Origin: Alphaproteobacteria bacterium | GTDB lineage: Bacteria > Pseudomonadota > Alphaproteobacteria > SP197 | Direction: 5' to 3' | Assembly: GCA_964291265.2 (NCBI GenBank) | Contig: OZ219747.1 | Location: 3,552,001 to 3,616,000, forward strand | DNA: 64,000 nt | Shown: positions 40,140-50,757 of the stretch, piece by piece | Numbering within the stretch: position 1 is the first letter of the stretch | Layout of the letters: each line of letters opens with the position of its first letter | Made by a program: the position numbers and the translations under genes | The notes under the pieces: model-generated | What the model was told of the DNA's origin: nothing | The model's database searches: none | What the model saw: the letters and a program-made list of their open reading frames with translations, nothing else

Positions 40140-40844
40140 ATGAAATTCGTCTCGCCGCTCAGACGCGCCACGCTGGTGAGGCGCTACAAGCGGTTTCTCT
40201 CGGATCACCGGCTGGATGACGGCAGCACCGTCATCGCGCACTGTGCCAATCCGGGGCGGATGACCGGGATTGCGGAGCCCGGCATGACGACCTGGCTGCA
40301 GGATGTTTCCGGCGGCGGGCGCAAGCTCGCCTGGTCCTGGGAGCTCGTGCATGCGGACGGAGGGCTTGTCGGCTGTCATACGGGCAAGCCGAACCGCCTT
40401 GTCGAGGAGGCGATCTCGAGGCATGGCATTGCCGAGCTGGCCGGTTACGGATCACTGCGCCGCGAAGTGACCTGGGGCGACCGCTCACGCTTCGATTTTC
40501 TGCTCGACGATCCCGCGCGCGGATCCTGCTATGTCGAGGTCAAGAATTGCCACATGCGGCGGCAGGAGACCTGTGCGGAGTTTCCGGATGCGGTGACCAC
40601 GCGCGGAGCGCGGCACATGGAGGAGCTTGTGTCGGTTGTCAGAGCCGGCCATCGAGCCGTCGTGATCTGGTGCGTCCAGCGCATGGACTGCAACTCCCTC
40701 GCGATCGCCGCCGACATCGATCCCGGATTCGCAACGGCGGTGGCGCGGGCCTCGGGCATGGGCGTTGAGACACTGGCCTATTCGTGTAGATTGACCACCG
40801 AAGACATCGTGATCGACCGGCGGATTCCGGTTCGCCTTTTGTGA
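40140..40844 (+). CDS. sfsA: DNA/RNA nuclease SfsA
   Basis: RRYKRFL.D, AHCANPG.M.G, SRFDFLL, YVEVKN, FPDAVT.RG.RH. Confidence 0.93.
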   Translation: MKFVSPLRRATLVRRYKRFLSDHRLDDGSTVIAHCANPGRMTGIAEPGMTTWLQDVSGGGRKLAWSWELVHADGGLVGCHTGKPNRLVEEAISRHGIAELAGYGSLRREVTWGDRSRFDFLLDDPARGSCYVEVKNCHMRRQETCAEFPDAVTTRGARHMEELVSVVRAGHRAVVIWCVQRMDCNSLAIAADIDPGFATAVARASGMGVETLAYSCRLTTEDIVIDRRIPVRLL

Positions 40845-40863
40845 CAGACACCGGAGTTTTTCG

Positions 40864-41676
40864 ATGCAGCTCAAGCGTCGTCAGAGCGACTCGCACGTGA
40901 CAATCCACTCCGCAGAGGACATGGATGGCATGCGCGCCGCCGGCTCGCTCGCCGCCCGGACACTGGACATGATCGCTCCCCATGTCGTTCCCGGTGTCAC
41001 CACCGAGACCCTGGACCGTCTCTGCCATGCCTTCATCCTTGATCATGGAGCGGTCCCCGCGCCGCTCAACTATCGGGGTTATCCGAAATCGATCTGCACT
41101 TCGATCAACCACGTGATCTGCCATGGCATCCCTAGTTCCGGCAGGGTGCTGCGTGACGGTGACATCATGAACATCGACGTCACCGTCCTGCTCGACGGCT
41201 GGCATGGAGACACCAGCCGCATGTACCACGTGGGAGGCGTACGCCGGAAGGCCTCGCGACTGTGCGAGGTGTGCCACGAGTCCATGTGGCTGGGCATCAG
41301 GGCGGTGAAGCCGGGCGCCCGGCTCGGTGATGTCGGCCATGCGATCCAGAGCCATGCCGAGGCTCAGCGTTGCTCGGTGGTCTACGAGTTCTGCGGCCAC
41401 GGTATCGGTCGCGTCTTCCACGACGCGCCCAATGTCCTGCACTTTGGCGAAGCGGGGACCGGCCTTGAACTCGAACCCGGTATGTTCTTTACCATCGAGC
41501 CGATGCTCAATCTTGGGCGCCCGGAAGCACTGATCCTCGATGACGGCTGGACGGCGGTAACGCGGGACAAGAGCCTCTCGGCGCAATGGGAACACTCCGT
41601 TGCCGTGACCGAAGACGGTTTCGAGGTCTTCACGCTTTCGCCTGCCGGCCATACGTTGCCGCCCTATCCAAGCTGA
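40864..41676 (+). CDS. map: Methionine aminopeptidase type I
   Basis: CTSINHVICHGIP, NIDVT, GDTSRM, GHGIG..FH, FTIEPM, SAQWEH. Confidence 0.96.
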   Translation: MQLKRRQSDSHVTIHSAEDMDGMRAAGSLAARTLDMIAPHVVPGVTTETLDRLCHAFILDHGAVPAPLNYRGYPKSICTSINHVICHGIPSSGRVLRDGDIMNIDVTVLLDGWHGDTSRMYHVGGVRRKASRLCEVCHESMWLGIRAVKPGARLGDVGHAIQSHAEAQRCSVVYEFCGHGIGRVFHDAPNVLHFGEAGTGLELEPGMFFTIEPMLNLGRPEALILDDGWTAVTRDKSLSAQWEHSVAVTEDGFEVFTLSPAGHTLPPYPS

Positions 41677-41687
41677 CAGGCAACCGG

Positions 41688-42641
41688 ATGACCGGCGCGA
41701 TGCCCACCGGAGCGTCCGTATCCGTGAATCAGAAGGTCGCCGGCAACCTCGTGCTGGCGGTGGGGACCTCGGTGTGGGGGACGCACTTTCTCGTGACGGA
41801 CATCCTGCTTGCAGGGTGGGATCCCTATCTGCTGACCGCGGCCCGCCTGTTGTCGGCCACTGGATTCCTGCTGACCTTTCTCTCCCTGCAGTCCAGGGGA
41901 CGTCCCTTTGCCCGGGTTCCCTGGAAACCGGCGCTGCTGCTGGGGAGCGCCGGCATCGCCGTCTCGACAGTCCTTCTCACCCTTGGCGTGAAGTATGCCG
42001 GCGCCGTTCCAGCCTCCATCGTCGCCGCTGCCTCTCCGATCGTCGCCGCCTTTGTGGCACGAGCGGGTTTTGGCATTCCCCTGACGCTGGGCGTCGCATT
42101 CGGTGCGGTCATAGCCGTCACCGGGGGGATCGTCGCCGCCCTCGGATCAGCGGCAGGCGGGATCGGAACCGTTCGCGGCGGTGAACTGTTCATTCTTGCC
42201 GCCATCACGCTCTTCACCTGGTACTCCATAGGCGCCCAGCGCTGGCTGACGGGTCTCACGCAACTCGGCATCACTGCCATCACCATCATGATCGGTGCCC
42301 TGACCATGGTGGCCGCCCTGCCGGTTCTCGTCGGACTCGGAATTGCCGAAGCCCGTCTTGAGACCAGCTGGAGTTCGATTGCGTTCATACTCTATCTGGG
42401 AGCAGGTCCCGCCTCGTTCTCTCTCTTCACCTGGCATTGGGGAGTCAGTCGTATCGGTGTCACAGTTGCCTCGATCTACTCGAATCTGGTGCCAGTGGTG
42501 GTCGTGGCCATCCGCACACTGGAAGGCGTCCCGCCGACGACCGAGCACATGATCGGCGGCGTTCTCATCATCACCGGTGTCCTCGTCGCCCAGCTCCTCC
42601 CCTCCGGACGGTCGCGCCTTGCCCTCAGGCGTCAGGCATGA
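41688..42641 (+). CDS. DMT/EamA family transporter
   Basis: About 10 hydrophobic segments in two EamA repeats. Confidence 0.85.
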   Translation: MTGAMPTGASVSVNQKVAGNLVLAVGTSVWGTHFLVTDILLAGWDPYLLTAARLLSATGFLLTFLSLQSRGRPFARVPWKPALLLGSAGIAVSTVLLTLGVKYAGAVPASIVAAASPIVAAFVARAGFGIPLTLGVAFGAVIAVTGGIVAALGSAAGGIGTVRGGELFILAAITLFTWYSIGAQRWLTGLTQLGITAITIMIGALTMVAALPVLVGLGIAEARLETSWSSIAFILYLGAGPASFSLFTWHWGVSRIGVTVASIYSNLVPVVVVAIRTLEGVPPTTEHMIGGVLIITGVLVAQLLPSGRSRLALRRQA

Positions 42642-43834
42642 CGGATCGACGCCCCGTCAGGGTGGTGGCCCTCGTCAGTCTCGGGCACCTGATGAATCAC
42701 CTTGTCGTCATGGTTGTGCCACCGCTCGTCGTCACATGGGTCGAGGCCTTTGCCATCGACTACACGGCGATCGGCGTCATCATGGCGGTGACTGCCATCA
42801 CGTCAGCCGTGTCCGTTGTTCCGGTCGGCATTCTCACTGACCGGGTGCCGGCGCGCCATGTCCTGATTGCCGGACTCCTTGTCCTGTCGCTTTCGGTGAT
42901 CGGACTTGGGCTCAGCCAGAGCTACTTCGAACTTCTTGTCTGGGCCGCGTTCATGGGGCTTGGCAACACTGTTTTCCATCCATGCGGCTACACCATCCTG
43001 TCAGCCGGTGTACCCAAACAGTGGCTCGGGCGCGCCTTCAGCGTTCACACCTTTGCCGGCTATGCGGGCTTCGCCCTGACGCCGGCCTTCATGGGGCTGG
43101 CGGTTCTCTACTGGGACTGGAGGAGCGCTCTCATCGCCATGGGTCTCGCCGGATTCGCCGTGGCTGCCGTCATGACCCTGCACCGCGACATTCTTGTCGA
43201 TGGCAGGGGAAGCGACACCGGCGGCAGGGACCGGCGCCGGGAGAACAAGGCCACCCTTCTCACCCTGCCGGTTCAGATGTGCTTCGCCTTCTTCTTCCTG
43301 ACAACCATCGCCTACTGGGGATTTGACAGTTTCCTGCCGGCATCGCTCTTCGAACATCACGGCATTCCCGAGACACTGGGCACATTCGCTCTGACGGTCT
43401 TCTTCGGGTTTTCCGCCTTCGGCATCCTCATTGGCGGAGTGATCGCCGACCGCACGACCCGGCACGACCTGACAGCCACCTGCGGCTTCGTCATTGCCGC
43501 CACGTGCATGTTCCTCATCGGTGATGTCGCCGGTGGCACGGGCACGATTTTCGTCCTGATTGCCATGGCCGGCCTCGGTGCCGGTGTGGTGACGCCATCG
43601 CGCGATCTCATCGTGCGCCGGGTGACACCGACTTCGGAAACCGGCAAGGTGTTCGCGTTCATGACCCTTGGCATGGATGCCGGCACCTTCATCGCTCCGC
43701 CCCTGTTCGGCATTCTCATGGACGGGGGGCATGTGGTGTGGTTGTTCCGCCTTGCCGCGATCATGCTGATCTGCTCGGTGCTGACGGTGACGGCCACGCG
43801 ACACATTCACAGACACAGGGGAGTACCGGCATGA
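42638..43834 (+). CDS. MFS transporter
   Basis: About 12 TM segments, G.L.DR motif A, G...FHP. Confidence 0.88.
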   Translation: MTDRRPVRVVALVSLGHLMNHLVVMVVPPLVVTWVEAFAIDYTAIGVIMAVTAITSAVSVVPVGILTDRVPARHVLIAGLLVLSLSVIGLGLSQSYFELLVWAAFMGLGNTVFHPCGYTILSAGVPKQWLGRAFSVHTFAGYAGFALTPAFMGLAVLYWDWRSALIAMGLAGFAVAAVMTLHRDILVDGRGSDTGGRDRRRENKATLLTLPVQMCFAFFFLTTIAYWGFDSFLPASLFEHHGIPETLGTFALTVFFGFSAFGILIGGVIADRTTRHDLTATCGFVIAATCMFLIGDVAGGTGTIFVLIAMAGLGAGVVTPSRDLIVRRVTPTSETGKVFAFMTLGMDAGTFIAPPLFGILMDGGHVVWLFRLAAIMLICSVLTVTATRHIHRHRGVPA

Positions 43835-44622
43835 CACCTCGGCAAGTGGAAAAGGCCGCTACCATGCTGATCAGGGCGCGGGACGCCGGAGGCGCGGTCC
43901 CCCGTTTGCCGGCGGACCTGCGGCCCGTCACGATGCAGGACGGCTATGCGATCCAGGACGAGGTCATCCGCCAGCGCGCCGCCAACGGGATGGAGCAGGC
44001 GGGGTGGAAGGTCGGCTGCACGTCGAAGGTCATGCAGGACATGCTGGGACTCGACGAACCGGGCGCCGGCGCCGTGCTCGCCGTAAACCACCACACCACA
44101 CCGGCACGCCAGGAGGCCGCCGGCCTGACCAGTCCCGTGGCCGAATGCGAGATCGCCGTGCGCATGGGCAGGGATGTGGAACCGCGGGAAGGTGGGCACG
44201 ACCGCACGACGGTTGCCGGATGTATCGAATCCTGCATGGCAGCGATCGAACTGGCCGAACTGCGACTTCCGGAACACGCCGACATGGCACCGGCGGAAAA
44301 GGTGGCTGACGATTTCTTCCAGAAACTGATCGTCACGGGCGAGGAAGTCGTCCGGTGGCAGGCGCTTGACCTCGCCGCGCTCCGTGCAACCACCACTGTC
44401 TCGGGTGTGGTGCGGGGCGAGGGATTCGGGGAGGCCAGCCTGGGACATCCCCTCAACACCGTGGCATGGCTCGCCAACTGTCTGGCAGATCGCGGAATCA
44501 GGCTTCTGGCCGGTCAGGTCGTGCTCACGGGATCACTGGTCGAAGCCATCCTCGTCGACGAGGGAGACGACATCCTCTGCGCCGTCGAGGGTCTTGGCGA
44601 GGTCCGCCTCACCGTGGTCTGA
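43831..44622 (+). CDS. 2-keto-4-pentenoate hydratase (FAH superfamily)-like
   Basis: GY.IQ, GWKVG.TS..MQ..LG.DEP, E.EIA, GHP...VAWLAN, GQVVLTGS. Confidence 0.85.
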   Translation: MTPRQVEKAATMLIRARDAGGAVPRLPADLRPVTMQDGYAIQDEVIRQRAANGMEQAGWKVGCTSKVMQDMLGLDEPGAGAVLAVNHHTTPARQEAAGLTSPVAECEIAVRMGRDVEPREGGHDRTTVAGCIESCMAAIELAELRLPEHADMAPAEKVADDFFQKLIVTGEEVVRWQALDLAALRATTTVSGVVRGEGFGEASLGHPLNTVAWLANCLADRGIRLLAGQVVLTGSLVEAILVDEGDDILCAVEGLGEVRLTVV

Positions 44623-44623
44623 C

Positions 44624-45421
44624 ATGGCTGATCTCCGCTCCTGGGAGACTCTCACCTCTCCTGAGTTGCAGCGGTTGGCCGGCGGCAGATGCGTGGCCGT
44701 TCTGGCCATGGGGGCAACGGAACAGCACGGATCCCACCTGCCGCTCGGCACCGACACCATGATTGCCAAGGGCCTGGTCGACCGGGCGCAGCGGCATGTC
44801 GACTCTTCCGGCACGGTCCTGGTGCTGCCCCCTCTCGCCATCGGCAGGAGCAGCGAACACACGTCGTTTCCGGGAACATTTGCCCACGAACCGGAAACCC
44901 TGCTGAACATGGTAAGGCAGATCGGCGCCGGCCTTGCGGCCAACTGCATTCACCGCCTGGTGATCGTCAATGCCCATGGCGGCCAGACGCAGATCGTTGA
45001 TCTGGCGGCGCAGGATCTGAGAGACCGTCACGGCATGCTGGTGGTACGGGCCAACTACATGACCTGGCCCCTTCTCCCTCACCTCGCCGGTCTCGACCCC
45101 GGGGGACACCATGGAGGCATGATGGAAACCGCCATCATGCTCGCCCTCCACCCGGATCTCGTCGACATGACGAAAGCCGGCACCTTCCCCTCGGTGGCAA
45201 CATCGCTGGCCGCCCGGCACCGGAGATTTGGCCACGGCGGCCGGCTCGGCTTTGCCTGGCGGGCCGAGGATCTCAACCCCGAAGGGGTCGCCGGCAGGGC
45301 CGGAGAGGCGACAGTGACACTTGGCGAGGAGTTTCTGGACCATTTCGGGCAGATGCTCGGCGAACTCATCTCGGACGCTCTCGATATCGACCGCCGCGAG
45401 GTGTTCGGATCCGGTCACTGA
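44624..45421 (+). CDS. Creatininase-family cyclic amide hydrolase
   Basis: GATEQHG.HLPLGTD, S.EH..FPGT, NAHGG, HGG..ET. Confidence 0.9.
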   Translation: MADLRSWETLTSPELQRLAGGRCVAVLAMGATEQHGSHLPLGTDTMIAKGLVDRAQRHVDSSGTVLVLPPLAIGRSSEHTSFPGTFAHEPETLLNMVRQIGAGLAANCIHRLVIVNAHGGQTQIVDLAAQDLRDRHGMLVVRANYMTWPLLPHLAGLDPGGHHGGMMETAIMLALHPDLVDMTKAGTFPSVATSLAARHRRFGHGGRLGFAWRAEDLNPEGVAGRAGEATVTLGEEFLDHFGQMLGELISDALDIDRREVFGSGH

Positions 45422-45444
45422 TCATCGAAGGAAGGAGGCACCCC

Positions 45445-46614
45445 ATGGACATGGCATTCACGCACGAAGACCACGACATCCGTGAACGGGCACGCAGCTT
45501 TGCCCGCCAGCATCTCTGGCCCCACGAAATCGCACTCGACGAGAACGGTTCACTCGAGGAAGCCACGGAAGCCGGAATACGCCAGGGGGTCCTCGACTAC
45601 CGTCTCAACGCCATCAACCACGATCTCGAGCATGGTGGCCAGGGCATGACAATCGTTCAGCAGTGCATCGTCAACGAGGAGGTCGGATCGGCAACCAATG
45701 GCCTCTGGGGGCGGGTCTGGCAGCCACCCATCTGCCTCAAGCAGGGAACGGCCGATCAGATTGCCGCCTATCTGGTGCCGGCATGCCGTGGCGACATCAC
45801 GGTGTCGTTTTGCGTCACGGAACCAGGCGCCGGCTCGGATGCAGGCGGCATCAGGACAGCGGCTCGCCTCGACGGAAACCACTATGTCATCAACGGCGAA
45901 AAGTGCTTCGCCAGCCACTCCGACAGCGCCGAGGCCAATCTCGTCACCACAGTCATGGACGGCGACCCGACACGCCCGACCCTGTTTCTCATCGACAAGG
46001 GAACCAAGGGGTTCGACATGCGGCGCATGCCCCGATTCTCCCAGCGCTCGGGTCACGAACACCCCGAGGTCGAACTTGTTGACGTGCGTATTCCGGCGAC
46101 ACAGATGCTGGGTGAAGTCGGCGAAGGATTCGAACTCACCAAGGACTGGTTCGTCGAGGCCCGCCTGGCGATAGCGGCGCGCAGTATCGGCATGGCGATC
46201 CGCGCCTCGGAACTCGCACTTGCATGGGCCCGCGAGCGCCGACAGTTCGGACGGGCCATCATCGAGTTCCAGGGAATCGGATTCATGTTCGCCGAGATGG
46301 CGACGGAGATCATGGCCGGCAAGTCGATGATCTACCGCACCGCCCAGGAGATCGACTCCGGCATCGACCGCCGGACGGCCCATGCCAGGGCAAGCGCCAT
46401 CAAGTACTACTGTTCGGAGGCCGCATTCCGGGTCGTCGACCGTGCGGCACAGATCTTCGGAGGGCGCGGCATGATGTGCGAGAATCCCGTCGAGCGGTTG
46501 ACCCGCGATGTCCGTCTCGAACGAATCTGGGAAGGCACCTCCGAGATCCAGAAGGTCATCATGGCAGGCCAGATCATGAAGCGCGGCCTCGATGCCTACA
46601 CCGGCTGGACCTGA
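45445..46614 (+). CDS. Acyl-CoA dehydrogenase
   Basis: TEPGAGSD, INGEK, RRQFGR, QIFGGRG, RIWEGTSEIQ. Confidence 0.92.
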   Translation: MDMAFTHEDHDIRERARSFARQHLWPHEIALDENGSLEEATEAGIRQGVLDYRLNAINHDLEHGGQGMTIVQQCIVNEEVGSATNGLWGRVWQPPICLKQGTADQIAAYLVPACRGDITVSFCVTEPGAGSDAGGIRTAARLDGNHYVINGEKCFASHSDSAEANLVTTVMDGDPTRPTLFLIDKGTKGFDMRRMPRFSQRSGHEHPEVELVDVRIPATQMLGEVGEGFELTKDWFVEARLAIAARSIGMAIRASELALAWARERRQFGRAIIEFQGIGFMFAEMATEIMAGKSMIYRTAQEIDSGIDRRTAHARASAIKYYCSEAAFRVVDRAAQIFGGRGMMCENPVERLTRDVRLERIWEGTSEIQKVIMAGQIMKRGLDAYTGWT

Positions 46615-46615
46615 C

Positions 46616-47866
46616 ATGCGTCAGCCGCGGTCCCTCGGCGAAATCGTCGACCACGGTCTGTGCCTGGGTTGCGGCCTGTGCGAGGCCATCGCCGGCCGGG
46701 ACAGGGTTGCGATGGATTGGGTTGATCCGCCGGGGCGTCTGCGCCCGGTCATCCGCCAGCGCCTGGACGAGGCAAGCGAACGCACCATTCTCGAAACCTG
46801 CCCCGGCATGCGGCTTGACGGCGCCCCCGATCCTCTGCAGCACCGCGGCGCGGTGGCCGTGGATCCAACATTCGGACCCCTTGTCCGTGTCTGGAAGGGT
46901 CACGCCCGTGAGCCCACCATCCGTCACCTGGCGTCTTCGGGTGGAGCGCTGACAGCCCTTGCCATCCACCTCCTCGAGAGTGGCGCGGTCGACATCATCA
47001 GCCACGTCAGGGCCGACGAGAACCGCCCCATGCGTTCCCGCAGCCATGTCTCGCGGACACGCGATGACGTGCTGGCGGCAGCGGGATCGCGCTATGGTCC
47101 GGTGGCGCCCCTCAACCACTTCACGGAACTCCTTGACGAGGGCCGCTCCTTTGCCGTCATCGGCAAGCCCTGCGACATCTCCGGGGTTCACAATTACGCC
47201 CGGCACGACCCCAGGGTCGGCGAACTGGTCCATGCGACACTGGCGTTTTCCTGCGGCACATTTGCCGACCTCGACTGTTCCCGCCAGATGCTCGAACGCG
47301 TCGGGTTCCCGGGAGGCGCCGAGGGTGAGGAGAACCTCTCGCTCTTTCGTTACCGCGGTTACGGCTGTCCCGGCCCCACGCAGGCGGTTGATTTCGACGG
47401 CAGGGTCCATGACGAGGACTATCTCGATTTCTGGTACGGCCCGCAGGGCTGGACGTTCCAGTTCCGCTGCCGGATCTGCGCCGATCCCACCGGAGAAACG
47501 GCGGACATCACGGTTGCGGATGCCTGGCCCGGCGGAGTTCCGGAAAGGAATGAGGAGGATGGATGGAGCACGTTCATCAGTCGCACTGGCCGAGGCGATG
47601 CCCTGATGCAGGAGGCCATCGATGCCGGCGTCCTCGTCGTCGAGGAGCACGACATCTCTCTCATGCACGAGGTCCAGCCCCACCAGGTGGAGAAGAAACA
47701 GGCCATCAACGCCCGCTTGAAGGCCATGGCTGAAGAGGGGTGCGTCATGCCCGAGTTCCGCAACCTCAATCTCGATGAGGCAGCGGCTCAGCGCGACAGC
47801 GCCTTCCACAGGTCCAACCGGGTCGGCATGCGCCAACGGCTCGCCCGGGGTCTGAACAGGGAGTAA
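46616..47866 (+). CDS. Coenzyme F420 hydrogenase/dehydrogenase beta-subunit (FrhB)-like Fe-S flavoprotein
   Basis: CLGCGLC, CPG, SSGG.LT, GSRY, GKPCD, YRG.GCPG, C.IC.D..GE.ADI...DAW. Confidence 0.85.
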   Translation: MRQPRSLGEIVDHGLCLGCGLCEAIAGRDRVAMDWVDPPGRLRPVIRQRLDEASERTILETCPGMRLDGAPDPLQHRGAVAVDPTFGPLVRVWKGHAREPTIRHLASSGGALTALAIHLLESGAVDIISHVRADENRPMRSRSHVSRTRDDVLAAAGSRYGPVAPLNHFTELLDEGRSFAVIGKPCDISGVHNYARHDPRVGELVHATLAFSCGTFADLDCSRQMLERVGFPGGAEGEENLSLFRYRGYGCPGPTQAVDFDGRVHDEDYLDFWYGPQGWTFQFRCRICADPTGETADITVADAWPGGVPERNEEDGWSTFISRTGRGDALMQEAIDAGVLVVEEHDISLMHEVQPHQVEKKQAINARLKAMAEEGCVMPEFRNLNLDEAAAQRDSAFHRSNRVGMRQRLARGLNRE

Positions 47867-47875
47867 AAACGTCGG

Positions 47876-48661
47876 ATGGTCCCCTCCTCCATCTTCCGCC
47901 CCGGTCTCCTTGACGGGAGCCACGTGTTCATCACCGGCGGCGGCACGGGCATCGGTTTCGGCTGCGCCCGGGAGCTCGGCCAGCTTGGCGCGAAGGTCAC
48001 GGTCGCCGCGCGCCGGCGGCAGGTTCTCGAGGAGGCATGCAGTGAACTGACCGGACAGGGCATTGATGCCGCCTTCCAGGTCCTTGACATCCGCGACAAC
48101 CCGGCCTGCGAGGAAGCCCTCCGGACCACCATCAAGGAGCGCGGTCTGCCCGACCATCTCGTCAACAACGCCGGTGGCCAGTTCTCGGCCAGAGCGCAGG
48201 ACATCTCGGCCAACGGCTTCCGGGCCGTGATGGATCTCAACGTCCAGGGCACCTGGCAGATGAGCAGCGCCTTTGCCCGGGCGCATCGCGACAGCGGTAC
48301 ACCGGGCCGCATCATCAATATCGTTTTCGCCCACACGGGCGCGATGGAGCGTTTCGCCCACGGCGCGGCGGCCCGCGCCGCGGTCGTCAACCTGACGCGC
48401 ACCCTGGCTCTCGAATGGAGCGATCACCGGATCCTCGTCAACGCGGTGGGACCCGGTGCGGTCATGACCGAGGGCATGCGCCAGTACGACGCATCCGACA
48501 GCGGCGAGACGGCGAGACGGACCTTTCCGGTGCCGCGTCTCGGCACGCCCGACGACATCGCCTGGATGGTTGCCTATCTCCTGTCTGCCGCCGGCGACTG
48601 GATCACCGGCAGCACCTTCATCATCGACGGTGGCGCCAGTCTCGGGCGCCGCGAGCGATGA
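47876..48661 (+). CDS. SDR oxidoreductase (2,4-dienoyl-/trans-2-enoyl-CoA reductase-like)
   Basis: TGGGTGIG, NNAGGQF, H..AARA.V.NLT.TLA.EW, IDGG. Confidence 0.88.
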   Translation: MVPSSIFRPGLLDGSHVFITGGGTGIGFGCARELGQLGAKVTVAARRRQVLEEACSELTGQGIDAAFQVLDIRDNPACEEALRTTIKERGLPDHLVNNAGGQFSARAQDISANGFRAVMDLNVQGTWQMSSAFARAHRDSGTPGRIINIVFAHTGAMERFAHGAAARAAVVNLTRTLALEWSDHRILVNAVGPGAVMTEGMRQYDASDSGETARRTFPVPRLGTPDDIAWMVAYLLSAAGDWITGSTFIIDGGASLGRRER

Positions 48662-48737
48662 CGAACCCTGCCGGGATCTCACTGGCAGGAGACTCTGCCT
48701 CTACGTGGCCGACGGCAGCATGCTGCTTGGCATGACT

Positions 48738-48814
48738 GTTGATGCCGAAGGCATCAACGCCACGCTCCCGCAACAGCAACGAGCTACCCCCGGCAGCCGG
48801 TCACTGCCGGGGGT
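48738..48814. terminator. Two hairpins between convergent genes (terminator or REP-like)
   Basis: GTTGATGCC-GAA-GGCATCAAC (48738-48758) and ACCCCCGGCAG-CCGGTCA-CTGCCGGGGGT (48786-48814); no clear U-tract. Confidence 0.45.
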
Positions 48815-48877
48815 GATGTCTGACAGCCGGTCATCGTTGTCACGTCGGCGCTGACGATGTCCGGCCGGGCCATGGTG

Positions 48878-50479
48878 TTATGCTGCGGGATCGTGGAACC
48901 ACCAACGCTCCAGGCACTTGATGCCGTCGAGATCCCAGGCTGCCGACATGCGCCGGTGCGCGATGTTGTCGCTGACCGCGAAGACGTAGTTGGAGAAGAT
49001 CGGAGCCACCACGCCCCCGTCATCGCTGCACAGTTGCTGCATCTCGTGGTACATCTCCCGCCTGAGTTCGGTGTCGAGTTCCGCCCTGGCACGTGTCAGG
49101 AGTTCGTTGAATCGCGGGTTGTCCCAGTGGGTCTCGTTCCACGGGGCACCGGCCGCATAGGTCTGTGAAAACACCCAGTCCTCGGTAACCCGTCCACTCC
49201 AGTAGGACGCCACCCAGGGCTCGACGTTCCAGACATCCGACCAGTAGCCGTCGTTGGGTTCGCGGGTGACATCGATCGTGATTCCGGCGGCAGCAGCGTG
49301 CTGCTGGTAGAGAACAGCTCCATCCGTGGCGCCGGCAAAGGCGGTCTCCGCCACATTGAGCGGCACCGTGATCTCCGTCAGACCGGCCTTGCCGAGATGG
49401 TGTTTGGCCCTGTCCGGATCGTAGACGCGCTGAGGCAGATCCTCGGCAAAGTACCGGTTGGACCGGCCGATGGGATGATCGTTTCCGACATAGCCATGAC
49501 CGTTCAGCAGCTTGGTGAGAAGCTCCTCGCGATCGATGGCGTACTTCAACGCCAGTCGGACATCGGGATCGTCGAATGGCGCACGGTCGCACATCATCGA
49601 ATAGACATAGTGCAAGGTGCCCTGGGTCTCTTCCAGACGTACGCCCGGGGCAGCGTCGAGAAGGTCTGCAGTCTTCAGGTCGACCCGGTCAATCACGTGG
49701 ACCGTACCGGACGTCAGGGCCGATGTACGGGCGGTCACGTCGATGGTCGACAGCACCTCGGCCTCGTCGAAGAAAGCCTGGCCTGCCTTCCAGTAGTTGG
49801 GATTGCGCGTCAGGAACGACCGTACGCCCGGCTCGAACTCGTTGAGAACAAAGCCGCCCGTTCCATCGCCCGATTGCCAGTCGAGAACACCGTCGACGAC
49901 GGGACAGATCGCGATATGGTAGTCGCTGAGCAGGAACGGGAAGTCCGCATTCCCCTCGCTCAGTTCGAAGGTGACGGTGTCCTTGCTGTCCGCCTTCATG
50001 TTGACGATGGATGACAGGATGCCCTTGGCGGGCGACGCCGAATTCTCGCCGGTATGGTGGGCAACCGATGCGATCACATCGTCCGCATCAAGCGTCTTGC
50101 CGCTGTGAAACTCGACACCCCGACGCAGCTTGAAGGTCCAGTTTGCCGCATCCGGAGTCGATTCCCAACTCTCGGCAAGTTCACCGATCAGTTCATCTTC
50201 GTTGGAAACTTCGGTGAGGCAGTTGCGAAAACCGAATCCTACAACCTGCATGTAAGTGTCGTTGTAGGTCGCGGGATCCACCGAATCGGTCGTCGATCCC
50301 AGACCGAGGGCGACGCGGATCCGGCCGCCCATCTGCGGTTCGTCAGCCGCGGCCGCCCGAGTGGCCAACGCGGTCGCGGCGGGCACCGCCACACCACACG
50401 CCAAGGCGTGTGCCATGAAGTCCCGTCGATCGATGCAGCCCCGCCTGAGCAGGTCCAGTTCGCGTTCGAATGATCTCAT
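48878..50479 (-). CDS. ABC transporter substrate-binding protein, family 5, with Tat signal
   Basis: DRRDFM twin-arginine leader; LAESWE, WTFKLR.GV.FH.G, DVR.ALKYAIDR. Confidence 0.92.
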   Translation of the reverse strand: MRSFERELDLLRRGCIDRRDFMAHALACGVAVPAATALATRAAAADEPQMGGRIRVALGLGSTTDSVDPATYNDTYMQVVGFGFRNCLTEVSNEDELIGELAESWESTPDAANWTFKLRRGVEFHSGKTLDADDVIASVAHHTGENSASPAKGILSSIVNMKADSKDTVTFELSEGNADFPFLLSDYHIAICPVVDGVLDWQSGDGTGGFVLNEFEPGVRSFLTRNPNYWKAGQAFFDEAEVLSTIDVTARTSALTSGTVHVIDRVDLKTADLLDAAPGVRLEETQGTLHYVYSMMCDRAPFDDPDVRLALKYAIDREELLTKLLNGHGYVGNDHPIGRSNRYFAEDLPQRVYDPDRAKHHLGKAGLTEITVPLNVAETAFAGATDGAVLYQQHAAAAGITIDVTREPNDGYWSDVWNVEPWVASYWSGRVTEDWVFSQTYAAGAPWNETHWDNPRFNELLTRARAELDTELRREMYHEMQQLCSDDGGVVAPIFSNYVFAVSDNIAHRRMSAAWDLDGIKCLERWWFHDPAA

Positions 50480-50757
50480 CGTCTCCTCCGTGTCATCTGG
50501 TAGGTTGGACCGTCAAACCGAGTACGCTCATTCTTCACGCCGTGTTCCGCGCCCCCGGACCGGGATGAGTGCAAGGAACTGCCGGCGAGCCAGGCGCGAG
50601 GTGCCGGTTCCTCTTGCGCATGTTTGTCCGTCGGGGTGTTGTGGTCCACGCCGCTGACCGGAAACCGCCCGGCGTGGTCGCGACACGATTGCTCCATGCC
50701 CAGACATCGGCATTTGCGCAAGGCCAGCCTCGCCGGCAATGCTGCGCGTCAGATGTC

